Source: Thermoplasmata archaeon
Lineage (GTDB): Archaea; Thermoplasmatota; Thermoplasmata; Lutacidiplasmatales; UBA184
NCBI GenBank assembly: GCA_035297125.1
Contig: DATGZQ010000019.1
Span: 12,940-76,939, forward strand
Length of the DNA stretch: 64,000 nucleotides
Direction of reading: 5' to 3'
Positions within the stretch are counted from its first letter, which is position 1, and each line of letters begins with the position of its first letter. Below, in pieces: positions 46,343 to 55,966 of this stretch. The translations under genes and the position numbers were made by a program. The notes under the pieces were generated by a model that did no database searches, was not told the origin of the DNA, and saw only the letters and a list, made by a program, of their open reading frames with translations.

Positions 46343-47527
46343 ATGCGAGCGGTCGTCCTCGGAGGCGGGGGGCTCACGGGCCGGTGCGCGGTCCGGGACC
46401 TCGCGCGCGGGGGCGTCTTCGATTCCGTGGTCGTGGCCGACCTCGACCCCAACCTGGCCGCCGAGGCCGCGCGGGCCGCGGGGGCGGGAGCATCGGCCGT
46501 CCCGATCGACGTACGCGACCACGCGGCGCTCGTACGGCTGCTCGACGGCGCGTCGGTCGTGGTGAACGCCGTGCAGTACACGTTCAACCTCGAGGTGATG
46601 GAGGCGGCCCGTGAGGCGCGGGTGACCTACCTCGATTTCGGCGGGCTCTTCCACATGACACGGCGCCAGCTCGCGCTGGACGCGGCGTTCCGAAAGGCCG
46701 GGCTTCTCGCCATCCCCGGCCTGGGGCAGGTGCCCGGAATCTCGAACGTTCTCGCGATGGAGGCGTCGGCGGACCTAGACCGGGTCGATTCCCTAGTCTT
46801 CCGGGACGGGTGGCGGGACCTCACCGTGGGGGGGCCCGAGATCTCGTTCTCATGGTCCCCCAGCACGTTCCTCGACGAGATGGTCCTGCCCGCGGTCGTG
46901 TTCGAGGACGGGGAGTACCACGACCACCCGCCGATGAGCGCGCCGGAGGAGTTCGATTTCGGCCCGCCTATCGGCCGGACCAGGATCTACCGCACGCTCC
47001 ACTCGGAACCGGCGACCCTGCCGGAGAGCCTGAAGACGAAGGGACTGCGGCACTGCGAATGGAAGGAGGGCGGGACGGGGATCGATGTCCTCCGTACCAT
47101 GGCCCTCCTCGGGATGGCGTCAGACAAGCCGCTCGAGGTACGGGGGACGAGCGTGGTTCCGCGGGAGTTCACGCTCGCGCTCCTCCGACGAGGGCACCTC
47201 CTCGGCGTCCCGGCCGGCGTGGTCGTCAACGACTGGGAGAGCTTGAACATCGAGGTCAGGGGGACCTCGCACGGTCGGCCCGTCGTCCGGCACGCCGTCG
47301 CCTGGTTCCCGCCGCGGCCGGATTGGCACCTCTCCGCGACGGAGTACGCCGTCGGGGTCGCAGGCGCCATCGGGGCCGAGCTGATCGCATCGGGAGAGAT
47401 CCGCGGCGAGGGAGTGATCCCGCCCGAGCGGTGCGTCCCTCCCGGACCGTTCCGGGCAGCGCTCGAACGCCGCGGCATACGGACCGCGATCGTCCCCCCC
47501 GACGCCCCCCTGCCTCCCCCCCAATGA
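46343..47527 (+). CDS. Saccharopine dehydrogenase-like oxidoreductase (lysine 6-DH/carboxyspermidine DH family)
   Basis: LGGGGLTG, YLDFGG, GLGQVPGISN, FSWS, HSEP, GVIPPE. Confidence 0.85.
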   Translation: MRAVVLGGGGLTGRCAVRDLARGGVFDSVVVADLDPNLAAEAARAAGAGASAVPIDVRDHAALVRLLDGASVVVNAVQYTFNLEVMEAAREARVTYLDFGGLFHMTRRQLALDAAFRKAGLLAIPGLGQVPGISNVLAMEASADLDRVDSLVFRDGWRDLTVGGPEISFSWSPSTFLDEMVLPAVVFEDGEYHDHPPMSAPEEFDFGPPIGRTRIYRTLHSEPATLPESLKTKGLRHCEWKEGGTGIDVLRTMALLGMASDKPLEVRGTSVVPREFTLALLRRGHLLGVPAGVVVNDWESLNIEVRGTSHGRPVVRHAVAWFPPRPDWHLSATEYAVGVAGAIGAELIASGEIRGEGVIPPERCVPPGPFRAALERRGIRTAIVPPDAPLPPPQ

Positions 47528-47579
47528 CCGGCTCGGCGCCCCCAAATCGCGGATTCGTGCGATAAATGTGGCCTCCAGA

Positions 47580-47690
47580 TGGCCCCAATCTATGGATTCA
47601 GTGTTGTAACCTATCGGAAGGACACTGTTAGAAACTGTTTCATGACATCTACCTTTTATTCCCGTCCCCGGGCATCTATATATACGCACC
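47580..47690 (+). promoter_or_regulatory. AT-rich promoter region with several inverted repeats and a TATA box
   Basis: AATCTATGGATT (47587-98), CAGTGT..ACACTG (47599-47627), GAAAC-T-GTTTC (47631-41), TATATATA (47677-84). Confidence 0.55.
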
Positions 47691-47724
47691 CGGGGCTCAT
47701 CGAGACCGCGTAGATGCGTTTCCT

Positions 47725-49302
47725 ATGGCGGAGTCGGAACCCGCCCCGATCGTGCTGTTACCGGACCGTCCGGCTCTCGGGCCGGGGCCCGGTCCGGCCC
47801 TCCGGCCCCTGAACGCGGAAGGCACCGCGGTCCCCCCTCCGACCCCTCCCGCGGGCTCCCCCGCCGAAGAAGCTCCCCGCGAGACGAAGAAGGAGGCCAC
47901 GCCCGAGCCGGCCCCGGTCCCCGAAGCCGAGGTCGTCCCGCTCCCGATACCCATCGCCCGGCTCGTCCCGAAGCTGAAGAAGAGCCAGAAGCTCTTCGAG
48001 GAGGGCAAGAAGCGCATCCCCAACTCCTCAAGCTCGCTGATCCGGGTCGCGTCGTACGACCCGTGTCCCCCGTTCATCAACCGAGGCAAGGGCGCCCGGA
48101 TCTGGGACGAGGACGGGAACGAGTACCTCGACTTCAACCTCGCCTACGGGGTCCTGATCAACGGCCACGCGCCCGAGGCCCAGGTGAAGGCGATCCAGGA
48201 GGCGGTCGAGCTGGGGCTCCATTTCGCCTCTCCGACGGTCCTCGAGATCGAGGTCGCGAAGCTGTTCCAGAAGCTCGTGCCCAGCGCCGAGCGGGTCGCG
48301 TTCTGCTCGAATGGCTCCGACGCGACCATGAACGCCATCCGGATCGCGCGGGCGGTCACGGGAAAGGACGCCATCCTGAAGTTCGAGGGCCACTACCACG
48401 GCCAGCACGACCTGGCGCTGATCAGCGCCGAGGCGCCTCCCGTGGTCTCCGGGCTCGACGAGTACCCGCGGCCGATGCCGAACTCGGCCGGGATCCCTCC
48501 CGGGGTCATGGACTACGTGATCGTCGCTCCGTACAACTCCATCGTGGCGTTCGAGCGGATGGTCCGCCGCTACCGCGACCGGCTGGCCGCGGTGATCCTC
48601 GAGCCGATCATGGCGAACGCGGGCGTCATCCCTCCCGCCCCGGACTTCTTGAAGCGCCTGGTAGAGATCGCCCACGAGAATGACATGCTGGTGATCTTCG
48701 ACGAGGTCTTCACCGGGTTCCGGGTCGCGCCGGGGGGGGCGCAGCAGCTCTACTCGGTGGAGCCCGACATCTCGTGCTGGGCGAAGGCCCTGGGCGGTGG
48801 GGTCCCGATCTCCGCGGTCTCGGGAAAGGCGGAGTACATGGACATGATCGCCCCCGGGCGGATCTCGTTCGGAGGGACGTACTTCGCGAACAACATCTCG
48901 CTCGCGGGGGCGCTCGCGAACCTGAAGACCTTGCACAAGGGGGGCGAGGAGCTCTACGCGCGGTTCGGGCGGCTCACCCAGAAGCTCGAGAAGGGGCTCG
49001 AGGAAGCCGGCCGGGACGCGAAGATCAACATCCTGATCCAGTCCGTGAACGGGATGCTGCAGTTCTTCTTCACGCGACGGAAGAAGATCGTGAACTATCG
49101 CGAGTCGCTCCAGATCGACTGGAACCTCTACCTCCGCCACCACCAGCTCCTGCTCGACCACGGGATCTACACCCACCCCGACAACTACGAGCGGCTCACC
49201 TTCTCGAGCGCGCACACCGAGAAGGACGTCGAGCAGTTCGTCCAGACCGCCACCGAGACGTTCAAGGAACTGAAGACCCTGCCCCGTGACTACCTCCCGT
49301 AG
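47725..49302 (+). CDS. Class III PLP aminotransferase (GSA-aminomutase-like) with Pro-rich N-terminal extension
   Basis: DEDGNEYLD, KFEGHYHG, ILEP, FDEVFTGFR, WAKALGGG (PLP Lys). Confidence 0.9.
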   Translation: MAESEPAPIVLLPDRPALGPGPGPALRPLNAEGTAVPPPTPPAGSPAEEAPRETKKEATPEPAPVPEAEVVPLPIPIARLVPKLKKSQKLFEEGKKRIPNSSSSLIRVASYDPCPPFINRGKGARIWDEDGNEYLDFNLAYGVLINGHAPEAQVKAIQEAVELGLHFASPTVLEIEVAKLFQKLVPSAERVAFCSNGSDATMNAIRIARAVTGKDAILKFEGHYHGQHDLALISAEAPPVVSGLDEYPRPMPNSAGIPPGVMDYVIVAPYNSIVAFERMVRRYRDRLAAVILEPIMANAGVIPPAPDFLKRLVEIAHENDMLVIFDEVFTGFRVAPGGAQQLYSVEPDISCWAKALGGGVPISAVSGKAEYMDMIAPGRISFGGTYFANNISLAGALANLKTLHKGGEELYARFGRLTQKLEKGLEEAGRDAKINILIQSVNGMLQFFFTRRKKIVNYRESLQIDWNLYLRHHQLLLDHGIYTHPDNYERLTFSSAHTEKDVEQFVQTATETFKELKTLPRDYLP

Positions 49303-49413
49303 GTCGGCCCGGCCCGCGCGGGGGGCGCGAATGGCGATTTTATACCGGGTCATCGTGGGGTAACCGGGAGTCGCGAGGGGCGATCGCCTCGCCTTTCGCC
49401 AATACCGTCGGGG

Positions 49414-50439
49414 ATGGGACGGAGTCCGAGCGATCTCGCGGTCTTCGTCGGCAAGCGCCTCCTCCAGCTGATCCCCGTCCTCCTCGGGATCACGATCCTC
49501 ACCTTTGCCATCACCCATCTCTCGACCGCGAACTGGTGCGCAGCGTCGTTCCCGCACGCCGACAAGGCCACGCTCGCCGATTGCCAGGCCCAGTTCCAGA
49601 AACCGGTCCTGGTCCAGTACTGGACGTATCTCGTCAACCTCCTCCACGGCAACTGGGGTACCTCCTCCACGGGCGTGCCGGTCTACCCGCAGATCGCCGA
49701 CGGGCTCCCCGCGACCGTCGAGCTCGTCCTCGCCTCCCTGTTCCTGATGATCGTGATCGGGATCCCGCTCGGGGTGGTCGCAGCGCAGTCCGCGGGCCGC
49801 TGGGCCGACCACCTCGTGCGGATCTTCTACCTCACGGGATGGGCCACTCCGACGTATCTCGGGACGGTGATCGCCGCCATCCTCCTCGCGCCCTACTTAG
49901 GGCTCCCATCCCACGGACAGTACACGACCCAGCCACCCCCGTTCCACGAGTGGACGCACATGTCCGTGATCGACCCGCTGCTGGCGGGCAATCTCGCCTG
50001 GGAGGGCGACGCGATCGAGCACCTGATCCTGCCGGCGTCCGTCCTCGCGTTCGTGAACATGGGAATCGCGACGCGGATGACGCGTAGCTCGATGCTCGAG
50101 GTGATCCCGCTCGACTACGTGAAGAGCGCCCGGATGAAGGGGCTCTCCGAGTTCTGGGTGATGTACAAGCACGCGCTGAGGAACGCGCTGATCACCACCA
50201 CGACCGTCCTCGGGGTGACCGCGGGCGGTCTCCTCGCCGGGACCGTCGTCGTCGAGGAGGTGTTCGGCTGGGGAGGGATGGGGCAGTACGCCTACACCTC
50301 CATCGGCGGCGGCGGAAGTCCGGCGAACTTCGACGGAGCGCTCGCGGTCGTGGCCATCTTCGCCGCCGGCGTGGTCATCGCGAACCTGATCGCCGACGTG
50401 CTCTACGGGCTCCTCGACCCGCGCGTGGATTGGAGGTAG
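49414..50439 (+). CDS. dppB: Peptide/nickel ABC transporter permease (DppB-like)
   Basis: LPATVEL, HLILP, RSSMLEV...DYVKSARMKG, VVEEVF, DPRV. Confidence 0.92.
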   Translation: MGRSPSDLAVFVGKRLLQLIPVLLGITILTFAITHLSTANWCAASFPHADKATLADCQAQFQKPVLVQYWTYLVNLLHGNWGTSSTGVPVYPQIADGLPATVELVLASLFLMIVIGIPLGVVAAQSAGRWADHLVRIFYLTGWATPTYLGTVIAAILLAPYLGLPSHGQYTTQPPPFHEWTHMSVIDPLLAGNLAWEGDAIEHLILPASVLAFVNMGIATRMTRSSMLEVIPLDYVKSARMKGLSEFWVMYKHALRNALITTTTVLGVTAGGLLAGTVVVEEVFGWGGMGQYAYTSIGGGGSPANFDGALAVVAIFAAGVVIANLIADVLYGLLDPRVDWR

Positions 50440-50443
50440 GGCG

Positions 50444-51508
50444 GTGTCGGCTCCTTCCTCTACCGGACCTTCGGCCGGCGCGTTGGCCGTCCGTCAGGTC
50501 CGACGCGCGGGCCGGGCCGTTCACACGCTCACGCGCGTGCTCCGCGCGAACCCGCTGACGCTGGTCGGGTTCGTCCTCGTCGTCGTGATCGCCGTCACCG
50601 CGGTCTTGGTGCTGGTGGCCCCCCACCTCCTGACGCCGTACGCGCCCGACCAGGGCACGACCGACTACACCCAGGGGCCGTCGTGGAACCACCCGCTCGG
50701 GACGGACGGGAACGGGATCGACATCTACGCAGAGGCCCTGTACGCCCTGCCCCTCGACCTCGCGCTCGCGTTCGCTATCGCCGGGGTGGCGATGCTGGGG
50801 GGAGGCGCGCTCGGTCTGGTCGCCGGCTACTGGGACCGCCCCGGCACGCTCGGGGGCGCGCTCTCCGTGGTCGTGATGCGGGTCACCGACATCTTCCTCG
50901 CGTTCCCCAGCCTGATCCTGGCGCTCGCGATCGCGGTGTCGCTCGGACGCGGCGTGGTCCAGCTCGTGGTCGCGATCCTGGTCACTTGGTGGCCGTACTA
51001 CGTACGGCTGGTCCGGGGCGAGACCCTCGCGGTGAAGCACCTGCCGTACGTCACGGCCGCGAAGGCGGCCGGGGTGACCGACCGCCGGATCGTCCTCCGG
51101 CACATCCTCCGCAACGTCCTCGAGCCGGTGGTAGTCTACTTCTCCCTCGACATCGGGACCGTCCTCGTGACGCTCTCGACCATCGGGTTCGTCGGCCTCG
51201 GGCTGAACTACCCGACCACGGCGGAATGGGGGAGCATGATCTCCTACTACCAGGTCGCCGGATTCATCACGGCCTATCCGTGGACGGTCCTCGGGCCGGG
51301 GGCGGCGATCTTCGTGACGGTGCTCGCGTTCAGCCTGCTGGGTGACGGGCTGAGGGACGTCCTCGACCCCCGCAGCCGGCGGGTCCTCGCCGGCTCCGGC
51401 GGGCCGGACTCCACCTCTCCCGCCTCCGTCGACCCCACGCCCTCGCCGTCCGCCGGCCCGCTGCCCGGGGAGGGTCTCCCGGCCGCGGCTCCGGGAGGGA
51501 TGACGTGA
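50444..51508 (+). CDS. dppC: Peptide/nickel ABC transporter permease (DppC-like)
   Basis: HPLGTD, DIFLAFPSL, YVTAAKAAG, EWG, LGDGLRDVLDP. Confidence 0.92.
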   Translation: MSAPSSTGPSAGALAVRQVRRAGRAVHTLTRVLRANPLTLVGFVLVVVIAVTAVLVLVAPHLLTPYAPDQGTTDYTQGPSWNHPLGTDGNGIDIYAEALYALPLDLALAFAIAGVAMLGGGALGLVAGYWDRPGTLGGALSVVVMRVTDIFLAFPSLILALAIAVSLGRGVVQLVVAILVTWWPYYVRLVRGETLAVKHLPYVTAAKAAGVTDRRIVLRHILRNVLEPVVVYFSLDIGTVLVTLSTIGFVGLGLNYPTTAEWGSMISYYQVAGFITAYPWTVLGPGAAIFVTVLAFSLLGDGLRDVLDPRSRRVLAGSGGPDSTSPASVDPTPSPSAGPLPGEGLPAAAPGGMT

Positions 51509-52644
51509 CCGGTCCGGTCCTCTCCATCCGCGACCTGACGATCGATTATGTGATCGGAGCGGGCCGCTTCCGGGCGGTCTCGGGGGTATCGTTCGACGTC
51601 GCCCCGGGGCGCGTGATGGGGATCGTTGGGGAGACCGGGTGCGGGAAGAGCACTCTTGCGCAGGCGATTCCCCGCCTCCTGCCGGAACCGCCGGCGACCA
51701 TCGGTGGCGGGTCCATCGAGTTCAACGGGGTCGACCTCGTGAAGGTCCCTCAGTGGAAGATGCCCCGGATCCGCGGGACCGGCATCAGCATGATCTTCCA
51801 GGAGCCGCTCAACTCGCTGAACCCGGCGTTCCGGATCTACGACCAGCTCGCGGAGGCGGTCCGCATACGCCAGGCCCGGGACGCGGGGCACACAGTACTC
51901 GACCGCCGGGAGGCCCCGCCGTTCGACTACACGCGCCGGCCGAAACCCGAGGTCGGGGATGCGCTCGTTCGGCCGCTGGTGCCGGGGGGCGCCACGGCGA
52001 AGGCGGCGCGCCGCTCGCTCTCCGGCCGCCGCGAGCTGCGCGAGGACGTCCTCGAGTACCTTCGCCTCGTGCGGATCAACGACCCGGAGACGATCCTCGA
52101 CCTCTACCCGCACGAGCTCTCGGGCGGGATGCGCCAGCGCGTGATGATCGCGATGGCCCTCTCCGAGCGGCCGGCGCTCCTGATCGCCGACGAGCCGACC
52201 AGCGCGCTGGACGTGACGATCCAGGCCCAGGTCCTGACGCTGATGAAGGACCTCATCGAGGAAGTCGACACGTCGATCCTGTTCATCAGCCACGACCTCG
52301 GCGTCATCGCGGAGACGGCGGACGAGCTGGGCGTGATGTACGCGGGGAAGCTGGTGGAGCTCGGCCCCGTCGACGAGATCTTCGGATCGCCGCGGCACCC
52401 GTACACGAAGGCCCTCCTCCGCGCAGCGCCGACCCGCTACAAGTCCGACGGCCCCCTCCTCTCGATCCCGGGGTCCGTGCCGAACCTCGCGAAGCCTCCG
52501 GCGGGCTGCCGATTCCATCCCCGCTGCCCGATCGCGAAGGACGTCTGCCGTGCCGAGCCGGCACCCCCGCTCGACCTGGTCGCAGGGACGGCGTCGCACC
52601 GCAGCGCCTGCCACTTCGCGGCGGAGGTGCCGCAGCTCGTATGA
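51505..52644 (+). CDS. dppD: Peptide ABC transporter ATP-binding protein (DppD-like)
   Basis: GETGCGKST, YPHELSGGMRQR, IADEPT, HPYT, C-terminal Cys cluster. Confidence 0.93.
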   Translation: MTGPVLSIRDLTIDYVIGAGRFRAVSGVSFDVAPGRVMGIVGETGCGKSTLAQAIPRLLPEPPATIGGGSIEFNGVDLVKVPQWKMPRIRGTGISMIFQEPLNSLNPAFRIYDQLAEAVRIRQARDAGHTVLDRREAPPFDYTRRPKPEVGDALVRPLVPGGATAKAARRSLSGRRELREDVLEYLRLVRINDPETILDLYPHELSGGMRQRVMIAMALSERPALLIADEPTSALDVTIQAQVLTLMKDLIEEVDTSILFISHDLGVIAETADELGVMYAGKLVELGPVDEIFGSPRHPYTKALLRAAPTRYKSDGPLLSIPGSVPNLAKPPAGCRFHPRCPIAKDVCRAEPAPPLDLVAGTASHRSACHFAAEVPQLV

Positions 52645-53933
52645 CGGACGGTCCCCTGGTCGAGACGGTCGGTCTCGAGAAGCAGTTCCCCCTCACCCGC
52701 ACCGCGAGCGAGTACTTCGGTGGCAAGGCCGCCCGGGGGATCCACGCGGTCGACGGCGTCTCCCTCACGATCCTCCCGGGAGAGACCCTCGGGCTCATCG
52801 GCGAATCGGGGTCGGGAAAGACGACCCTCGGGTGGCTGGTCGCCCGGCTGCACGACGCGACCGGGGGAGCGTACCGATTCGGGGACGAGGAGATCCTCAC
52901 GGATCGCCAGCGCAGGGAAGTTCGGCGAGATCGTGCCCAGGCGATCCGGGAGAACCGCGTCATCCTCCGTGAGAATCGCAAGCGTCTTCGGCACAACCGC
53001 CGGCTCGAGAGCGAGCAGCGGCACCCCTCGGCCCCCGCGCCGAGCCCGGGGGCCGGATCGAAGGCCGAGCCTCGTGTCCCCATCGAGATGGTGCCGTTGA
53101 AGCCGGTGCCTCCCGCACCGCCCAGGGGCAGGGTCGCCGCGCAGCGCCTGAGACGCTGGCGCCGGAACGTGCAGATCGTCTTCCAGGACCCGGTCGGGTC
53201 GCTCGACCCCCGCCTCAAGGTCTGGCAGATCGTCTCCGAGCCGCTCCGCGCCCAGGGAGAGAACGACCGCAAGAAGCTCCGCGAGCGGGTTCGGGCCCTC
53301 CTGCCGACGGTCGGGCTGCCCCCGGACTGCCTGGACCAGTACCCCCACGAGTTCTCGGGGGGCGGCCGGCAGCGCATCTCGCTCGCGCGGGCGTTCAGCG
53401 TCGACCCGAAGCTCGTGATCCTCGACGAGCCGACCAGCGCGCTGGACGTCGCCGTCCAGGCCCAGATCCTGAACCGTCTGGTCGAGTTCCAGAAGGAGCG
53501 CTCGGTCGCCTACCTCCTGATCACCCACAACGTCGCGGCCGTCCGGTACGTCGCCGACCGGGTCGCGGTGATGTACCTCGGCCGGATCGTCGAGCTCGGG
53601 ACGGTCCGCGGCGTCCTCGAGCGCCCGGTCCACCCGTACACGAAAGCGCTCCTCGCCGCCGTGCCGGTCGCGGACGCGCGCCGCCGGCGCGCCCGGTTCC
53701 GGATCGGCGGGGACGTCCCGTCGCTCATCGACCTGCCTCCCGGGTGCCGCTTCGCTCCCCGGTGCCCGTTCGTGGTCGACCGGTGCCGGACCGAGTACCC
53801 GGCGCTACGCGAGATCCCGGGCGCGCCGGGCCAACGGATCGCCTGCCACAGAGCGGAGGAAGTCCGGGACGTCGCCCCGGAGACGCTCCTTACCGTGGAC
53901 AAGCCGGCGCCGGCCGCGACCCCCGCGCCCTAG
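52641..53933 (+). CDS. dppF: Peptide ABC transporter ATP-binding protein (DppF-like) with internal insertion
   Basis: GESGSGKTT, YPHEFSGGGRQR, ILDEPT, GCRFAPRCP; ATGA overlap. Confidence 0.92.
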   Translation: MTDGPLVETVGLEKQFPLTRTASEYFGGKAARGIHAVDGVSLTILPGETLGLIGESGSGKTTLGWLVARLHDATGGAYRFGDEEILTDRQRREVRRDRAQAIRENRVILRENRKRLRHNRRLESEQRHPSAPAPSPGAGSKAEPRVPIEMVPLKPVPPAPPRGRVAAQRLRRWRRNVQIVFQDPVGSLDPRLKVWQIVSEPLRAQGENDRKKLRERVRALLPTVGLPPDCLDQYPHEFSGGGRQRISLARAFSVDPKLVILDEPTSALDVAVQAQILNRLVEFQKERSVAYLLITHNVAAVRYVADRVAVMYLGRIVELGTVRGVLERPVHPYTKALLAAVPVADARRRRARFRIGGDVPSLIDLPPGCRFAPRCPFVVDRCRTEYPALREIPGAPGQRIACHRAEEVRDVAPETLLTVDKPAPAATPAP

Positions 53934-55819
53934 CCCGCCCACTGCGAGTTGAACAGGAACGCGAACGGCTCGGCGCTGGCCATCGGGTTCGTGACCACCC
54001 CGTGGAGGTGGGCCGAGTAGACGGAGAAGGAGGCGGGAACGACGAGCCAGATGTCCGTGTAGTTGTCGAACATCAGCTGCGTCATCGTGCTGTAGTACGC
54101 CGTGAGGTTGGTCGCATTCTGGCTGCTGGCGGCGGCGTAGGCGTCCGCGGTCACGGTCGTGTTGTTGTAGCCCGACATACACGCGTTCGCGCTGCCCGTG
54201 TTCACGGCGTCGTTCTGGGTCCAGTCGTCCGGCGAGATGTAGTCGGACGTGTAGAACTCCTGGCCCATGTAGAACGGCCCGCCGTTGGTCGAGGTCGCGG
54301 TCGTGCAGACCCCGTTGCCGTTCAGCGCCTGCTCCTCGTACAGCTCGCTGAGCGAGATCGGGACCGGGTCGATGTTGAGCCCGATCTGCTGGAGGTCGCC
54401 CTTGAGGAACTGGGCGGTCTCGGCCCAGTCGATCCCCGTGTCGAGGTAGGCGTACTTGATGGAGAGCCCGGCGCAGGCGTTGCCGGCGCACGGCGAGTTC
54501 GCGATCTCCGCCCGAGCGAGCGTCAGGTTGTAGGCGTAGGGGTCCAGGTTCGAGGGATTGTAGTACGGGTACGACGGGGGCACCGGCCCGACCCACTGCG
54601 TGGCGTAGCCGCCGAACGCCTGCTGGATGATCTGGCCGTAGTTGATCGCGTGCGCAATCGCGGCCCTCACGGAGAGGTTGTCGAACGGGAAGACGCTCTG
54701 GTTGAGGTAGATCCACCACGAGCCGCTGGTCGACCCGTAGATCGTCGGGAGCTCCTTGACGACGAGGCAGCTCTTCCCCTGGAGCGCGTGGATGGTCGCC
54801 GGCCCGATGTAGGCGAACGAGGCGCTGGCCACGTCCCCGATCTCGAGGTCGTTGGTCGTGATGTCGACCGAGTCCTGGAAGACGACGTCGACGGTCGTGT
54901 TCGCGGGCTGGAGGAGCGTGTTCCACGGCTCGGTGGTCCACGCGGCGTGCCCCCAGTAGTTGGGATTCGGGGAGAGGGTGTAGCCGCCCCCCGGGAGCCC
55001 GTTGTAGTACGTGAGGAGGTACTGGCCGGTGCCGACCATGTCGTCCGAAAGGTACGTGTTCGGCTGGCCCCCGAGCGAGGTCGACCAGAAAACCCCCCCG
55101 TTCGCCTGGACGACCGCCGGGTCGACCGCATACGAGGTCGGGGCCGAGATCGAGGCAAGCAGGTAGGCGTAGGGGGAGTATCCGAGGTAGCCGTACCCTA
55201 CGTTGAGCTCGATCTCCAGCGGGTTGATCACCTGGAACGACTGGTTCGCCGTCTCCATCAGGGCGATCTCCGTGGCGTTCGGTGCGAAGAAGTTCCAGGT
55301 GTTGAGGTCGTTGTCCAGGGTGACGTTCGCCGTCTGGACCGCCGAGAGGTTGGACGAGTAGTTGAGCGGGTTCGAGGCGTTGAAGTTCGTCGAGAAGAAG
55401 TTCTCCTCGAGGATGAACTGCGGCCCGCCCGTGAGGAGCAGGCTGCGGTAGAGGCTGAACCACTGGACGTAGGCGTTATACGGGTCGCCGTTCGAGAAGT
55501 GGACCCCGCTCCGCAGGGTGAAGTTCCAGTCCAGCCCGTTCGGGGACTCGGTCCAGTTCTTCGCCAGCACGCCGGTGAAATTGGTCGCGCTCGACCCGTT
55601 GTAGTTGACGAGCCCCTGGTAGACCTGCTGGACCGCCGCCCAGCCGGGGGTCGAGAACGTCTCACCGGGGTCGAGCGAGTCCGGGATCTCCGACTGGTCG
55701 ACCACCATCGGGTTCGTCTGGTGGAGGCAGCTCGAACCAAGCGCCCGCAGGGAGACCCCCGCTCCGATCAGGACCACGACGATCCCGAGAACGACCGCGT
55801 TCCGCCACTTCGGGTCCAT
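53930..55819 (-). CDS. dppA: Peptide ABC transporter substrate-binding protein (family 5), N-terminal membrane anchor
   Basis: PDSLDP, YQGLV, FTLRSGVHFSNGDP, GTGQY, PFDNLSVRAAIAHAIN; many N-glycosylation sequons. Confidence 0.9.
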   Translation of the reverse strand: MDPKWRNAVVLGIVVVLIGAGVSLRALGSSCLHQTNPMVVDQSEIPDSLDPGETFSTPGWAAVQQVYQGLVNYNGSSATNFTGVLAKNWTESPNGLDWNFTLRSGVHFSNGDPYNAYVQWFSLYRSLLLTGGPQFILEENFFSTNFNASNPLNYSSNLSAVQTANVTLDNDLNTWNFFAPNATEIALMETANQSFQVINPLEIELNVGYGYLGYSPYAYLLASISAPTSYAVDPAVVQANGGVFWSTSLGGQPNTYLSDDMVGTGQYLLTYYNGLPGGGYTLSPNPNYWGHAAWTTEPWNTLLQPANTTVDVVFQDSVDITTNDLEIGDVASASFAYIGPATIHALQGKSCLVVKELPTIYGSTSGSWWIYLNQSVFPFDNLSVRAAIAHAINYGQIIQQAFGGYATQWVGPVPPSYPYYNPSNLDPYAYNLTLARAEIANSPCAGNACAGLSIKYAYLDTGIDWAETAQFLKGDLQQIGLNIDPVPISLSELYEEQALNGNGVCTTATSTNGGPFYMGQEFYTSDYISPDDWTQNDAVNTGSANACMSGYNNTTVTADAYAAASSQNATNLTAYYSTMTQLMFDNYTDIWLVVPASFSVYSAHLHGVVTNPMASAEPFAFLFNSQWAG

Positions 55820-55966
55820 CGCGCGTATCCGAGAGGCCGAATCCCCCCACGCCGTCCCTCCTTGATATAGTGCCGCTCGGGGCCATCGCCCCCGCGGGAA
55901 GGCCCGGCCCCGGCGGCCCGGCAACCATCTTTACCCGCCCGACCTCTTGACGGTCGCGGAGGGACG

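Noticed and set aside
47725..49302. Calling either GSA-like aminotransferase hemL
   Set aside because: Two divergent paralogues sit in a catabolic context with no hem genes, so substrate cannot be assigned from motifs.
52905..53140. Intein in DppF (RadA also checked)
   Set aside because: No C/S...HN-C/S/T splice junctions, the insert is short, and RadA is of normal length.
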